Below, piece by piece: positions 60,634 through 64,000 of a stretch of DNA of 64,000 nucleotides. The stretch comes from Candidatus Doudnabacteria bacterium (GTDB lineage Bacteria > Patescibacteriota > Doudnabacteria > UBA920): positions 202,853 to 266,852 of the forward strand of contig CAWINB010000004.1 in assembly GCA_963837465.1 (NCBI GenBank), read 5' to 3'. Positions within the stretch are counted from its first letter, which is position 1. Every line of letters starts with the position of its first letter. The notes beneath the pieces were generated by a model. It worked only from the letters and a program-made list of their open reading frames with translations. It ran no database searches and was not told where the DNA came from. A program made the position numbers and the translations under genes.

Positions 60634-60919
60634 TAAGAGAATCGTGTTCCAATCTGTTGTTCTGAATAAATCAAATATAGGGAACCATTATTATTAACCA
60701 AAGCTCGGTACGAATAAAACTTCACCAACGGCCACCACTTTAGCTCGAACTTCCCTAATGAGGGAGCTCCAATCGGAACTTTCAGCCCTTTGACGCGTCC
60801 TGATACAATAGCAGCCTCGCGACATCAGCAAACATTGATACGAAAAACGCGGACTTGTGTCCGCATTTTCTTTCCATATTCTTCTGACGCATCCTGGTCT
60901 GGTTCCAGGCTGCGCTATT

Positions 60920-60995
60920 TGGTGCGCGTGGTAGGACTCGAACCTACGGCCAGACGTGTATAAGACGTCCGCTCTACCAACTGAGCTACACGCGC
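60920..60995 (-). tRNA. tRNA-Ile(TAT)
   Basis: GACGT-CTTATAC-ACGTC anticodon arm, A73, CCA. Confidence 0.88.
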
Positions 60996-61270
60996 ATGGT
61001 TGGCCTAACTAGGGTATTATAAAAAAACCAGGCAAAATAAGCAATGACTGAATTTTTCAAAATTTATTCCATAGCCCGTCAAACGGCATTTTTTGCCGTT
61101 TGACATATCGGCGCTCAATAGTTATTCAGCGACGGCGCGAACGACTTGCCGGTTTTATTTTTTAATGTGTTTAAGTCCGGTATTTTTTACGGGCGCCTCC
61201 GGCTATGTATTGCTTCATCCGGCTTTGGTAAGGGGCGTCCGGTTTGCTGGCCTGGATTTTAACCTCCCAA

Positions 61271-62113
61271 TTAAAACGTCCGGTTTTTGCCGACTATTAT
61301 TTTAAGTCTTTGGGGGATTATTTCCACTGTGGCCGGGAATTTGGCGACGACGCGGCCGAGCATGGTCAGGGAAAAACCGCGCGGCTCCAGGAACTGGATT
61401 TTTCTGCATTTTATAACCGTGGTGTTGGGGACTTTTTCCAAAAGACCCTCGGCCAGGTCCTTGCGATGGGCCAGGATTTGGGATTTTTTTAAGCGTTCCA
61501 CTATCAACAAATCCAAATAGCCGTCAGTTGGGTTGGCAATGGCTTCGTTTTTGCCCGAGCTGGAGCGGATGTTGGCCGCGAGTCCTCCCAGACCGCTAAG
61601 ATTGATGTTGTAGGAATCGTCTATCCTTATGGTAAAAGATTTGGATTCGCTGGATAAAAGCTTAAGGCTTTGCCACAAGCCGGCCTGCCGCAGCTGGTGG
61701 CTCATAACCCCGAACTCCAAAAAACTTATAAAGTAACTGCCGGAAATTTTGGCCAAGTCTATTTTTTCTATGCGCCGCGCCGCAATGGTTTTAATCCCGA
61801 CCGACAAATTTTCCGCCCCCAGAATTTTGGCCAGCATGGACTGTTCGTCCAGCGGGATGAATCCCAAAGTAAAATCCCTGCCCTTAAGCTGGGCCAGCAT
61901 GACGTTAAAGGTATCATCGCTGCCGCAGGCTACCAACGTGGTGGCGCCGCGCTGGCTGGCGGTGTTCACCAAATCCGCCACGGAACGCAGCGGCGTCACC
62001 CGCCCGGTTTCTCCGGCAATCTTAAATTCCGCCAGCAGGCCCTGGAGCTGGGTTTGCAGTTTTTCGAATTTATCTATGGGCATGCCGCCCTGGTCAAGGA
62101 TGTAGTAGTACAC
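61271..62113 (-). CDS. Diacylglycerol kinase family protein
   Basis: ACGSDDT, LGFIP, IDLAK, DGYLD. Confidence 0.8.
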   Translation of the reverse strand: MYYYILDQGGMPIDKFEKLQTQLQGLLAEFKIAGETGRVTPLRSVADLVNTASQRGATTLVACGSDDTFNVMLAQLKGRDFTLGFIPLDEQSMLAKILGAENLSVGIKTIAARRIEKIDLAKISGSYFISFLEFGVMSHQLRQAGLWQSLKLLSSESKSFTIRIDDSYNINLSGLGGLAANIRSSSGKNEAIANPTDGYLDLLIVERLKKSQILAHRKDLAEGLLEKVPNTTVIKCRKIQFLEPRGFSLTMLGRVVAKFPATVEIIPQRLKIIVGKNRTF

Positions 62114-62143
62114 AAAATAAAATGACTAAAATTAAAAAAATAA

Positions 62144-62175
62144 TTCCGTCGGCGGCGGATCCGCCGCCGGCGGAA
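62144..62175. repeat. GC-rich palindrome related to 6017..6044
   Basis: TTCCGTCGGCGGCGGATCCGCCGCCGGCGGAA. Confidence 0.8.
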
Positions 62176-62249
62176 AAAACGGCAAAACCGGCGAACATCA
62201 ATTTGTTGCATTTGCCGTCCCGATTTAAAACAGGTTCCAATTTACCTTA

Positions 62250-62660
62250 TTATTCCGGCTCAATGCCAGGTTCGTGTTGTTTGGAATTTTTTTTGCCGCT
62301 GGCCGCCATTTCGCTTCCGTTCATTGAGCATTTGCCGGAAAATTGCGCGCCGTCTTCAATGCGTAAAACCTGGCAGGTAATGTCGCCGGTAATTTTAGCG
62401 GTTCCCTGCAGCACCAAATGCCCGCTGATTTTTAAATTTCCCTGCACGTCGCCGCCTATCATGGCGTTGCCGGCCAATACATCTGCCGCGATTTTGGCTC
62501 CCGGCATCACAAACACGCTCTGGCTGGTCTGGACTTTTCCCGCCACCTGGCCTTCTATTTTAATATTGCCTTCGCTGTTTAAGTCGCCCTGTATTTTTAC
62601 GCTTGGCCCGACTACGGTTTCGGCCGGCGCGTTTAAGTTATCATCCAGCATTTTGTCCAT
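62250..62660 (-). CDS. Bactofilin (polymer-forming cytoskeletal protein)
   Basis: TVVG..VKI.GDL...GNIKIEG.V.G...IE.GA.F.G.C.M. Confidence 0.92.
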   Translation of the reverse strand: MDKMLDDNLNAPAETVVGPSVKIQGDLNSEGNIKIEGQVAGKVQTSQSVFVMPGAKIAADVLAGNAMIGGDVQGNLKISGHLVLQGTAKITGDITCQVLRIEDGAQFSGKCSMNGSEMAASGKKNSKQHEPGIEPE

Positions 62661-62699
62661 AAACTTTGTCTTTCCGATGGTTTAAATCCATTTTAATAT

Positions 62700-63191
62700 T
62701 TAATGATTGGCGTTTGATATTTGAAATTTGGTATTTGCCTCACTTATGGCTTGCTCCTCTTCTCCCGTGAGTTTTGATTCGCATTTTCCGTTTTCTATTT
62801 TTTTGCTGTAAACGCGATTTTGTTCCCGGCCATAAAGCGAGGTTATGATTATTCCGCTGCTGTGGGCATCCAGCAAAGCCAGGGAAAAACTAAAATTGCC
62901 CCCGCCGTCGCCAAAAGGATTAAAACGCACCAGCCCCATTTGCTGCAAAGAAAATCCGGAACCGCGCCGCAGCCCCGTAAGCTGGTTTTCCAAAGCTTCG
63001 GTCGCCCTTTGTCCGGCGTTGATTTTTTCTTCCAGCCGCAAAATTACGCTTTCCAGATCGTTGCCGTTTTTGCCCAAAAAAAATGTCCGGCGTAATTTTG
63101 CCAAAGACCTTCCCTGCCACAGGCAGTAGCCGGCAGTTAAAAAGGCCAAAACGCTTAAAATTAAGGTTAAATCGGGCGAAAAGAAGTTCAT
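62700..63191 (-). CDS. DUF4446 family protein
   Basis: GLVRFNPF.D.GGN.SFSLALLD...G.IITSLYGRE..RVY.K. Confidence 0.88.
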   Translation of the reverse strand: MNFFSPDLTLILSVLAFLTAGYCLWQGRSLAKLRRTFFLGKNGNDLESVILRLEEKINAGQRATEALENQLTGLRRGSGFSLQQMGLVRFNPFGDGGGNFSFSLALLDAHSSGIIITSLYGREQNRVYSKKIENGKCESKLTGEEEQAISEANTKFQISNANH

Positions 63192-63256
63192 AGCTAGAGT
63201 ATTGTAGCATTAGTTGTTGTTTGCTTTCAAATAGCGCCAAATGTTATAATTATCCT

Positions 63257-63475
63257 ATGAGTAAAAAGCATAAAAAAAGCCAGTCGATGGCAGTGGCCCA
63301 GGCTCCCCATCCGGCAGCGTTGTCGCAAACCGCCGAATACCGGGTGATTAAGTTTGATTTAATCAAAGTTTTAATTCTGAACTTGGTCTACTTGGTCGTA
63401 ATTTTAGCGCTCTACTACGGCAATCAGCGCGATCATTTTTTGGATAACTGGTTCGCGAGGGTATTGCGCTTTTAG
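63257..63475 (+). CDS. Small membrane protein
   Basis: EY.VIK.DLIKVLILN..Y TM segment. Confidence 0.6.
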   Translation: MSKKHKKSQSMAVAQAPHPAALSQTAEYRVIKFDLIKVLILNLVYLVVILALYYGNQRDHFLDNWFARVLRF

Positions 63476-63769
63476 GGGCCGCGGATTTGCCGCGGATTTT
63501 GTCCAGCGTAGCTTTGGCGAAGTTGGATATACGCGCTGAATAGACGCTGAATCTAAGTTGTTCCCATCCCGGAAATTTTGAGTGTACCCGAAAAATTATC
63601 CGGGATCCAGATTGACGTTTATAATTTAATCTGATAATTGCCAATAAAAACGCTATATTAAAACCCGCCATTACAGTGGGTTTTGTCATATATGATATAA
63701 TTTATTTACTATATTGACTCAAAGTCAAAATTTTGCTAAAATTATAATATAATTATATCACATACGATT

Positions 63770-64000
63770 ATGAAACCGACAATCCAGGATAATCAAAAAA
63801 TCGGCCGGTTCATAGCCGAAGTCAGGCAGTCCAAAGGTTTTACCCAAAGCGCTTTTGCCAAAGGATTAAAAACCAGCCAGTCGGCAGTGGCCAGGATGGA
63901 AAAGGGCGAACAGAATTTAACAACAGAAATGCTGGCTAAAATAAGCACGGTTTTAAACCAGGAAATTATCCAGCTGGCCGATAAATCCGTCAGCTTTAAA
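63770..64000 (+). CDS. XRE-HTH N-terminus (partial), probably an HTH-MurA fusion
   Basis: TQ..FA..LKTSQSAVARMEKGEQNLT.E.L.KIS; runs off the window end. Confidence 0.6.
   Translation, partial: MKPTIQDNQKIGRFIAEVRQSKGFTQSAFAKGLKTSQSAVARMEKGEQNLTTEMLAKISTVLNQEIIQLADKSVSFK

Larger units (their letters stand above)
54221..60771. mobile_element. Degraded serine-recombinase element 2 (tandem at tRNA-Gly)
   Basis: 30-bp direct repeat 54221..54250 / 60767..60796 starting with the CTCCA core. Confidence 0.65.

Noticed and set aside
62122-62685. 187-aa + strand ORF
   Set aside because: Antisense to bactofilin and runs through a palindrome.
63363-63689. 108-aa - strand ORF
   Set aside because: Overlaps a convergent gene and palindromic repeats; no recognisable motif.
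1-64000. CRISPR array, rRNA or complete prophage
   Set aside because: No repeat-spacer array, rRNA-like sequence or capsid/portal/TerL genes were recognised by eye.

Overview
Window from a small-genome bacterium that looks like Patescibacteria/CPR. This is inferred from the gene content, a tRNA-Ile(UAU), a tRNA with a group I intron and GC-rich palindromic inserts. Housekeeping blocks are a PLP decarboxylase, NDH-2, a MacAB-like ABC exporter, a pilin, prs-pyrE-pyrF-pyrD, a DAG kinase, bactofilin and a probable HTH-MurA. They alternate with tRNA-targeted integrative elements that can be delimited by hand. (1) A ~0.5 kb collapsed serine-recombinase element sits at tRNA-Leu. (2) A ~26 kb tyrosine-integrase island at tRNA-Lys carries a second tRNA-Lys. 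A ~13 kb satellite-like element (two serine recombinases, primase zinc finger, helicase, TerS-like protein, kinase+TPR cargo) is inserted into that second tRNA. (3) Two tandem serine-recombinase elements sit at tRNA-Gly. The first has a type III RM system, a wHTH/PLD-like operon, a relaxase and an inverted 443-bp copy of its own circle junction (attP). The second has a divergent FVDD reverse transcriptase coupled to a HEPN protein, plus IS insertions. In all four serine elements the crossover lies at the tRNA CCA end inside the recombinase gene, so integration and excision swap the recombinase C-terminus. Several single-base frameshifts in homopolymers suggest assembly errors, so pseudogene calls are uncertain. 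All family calls come from motif recognition, not database searches.
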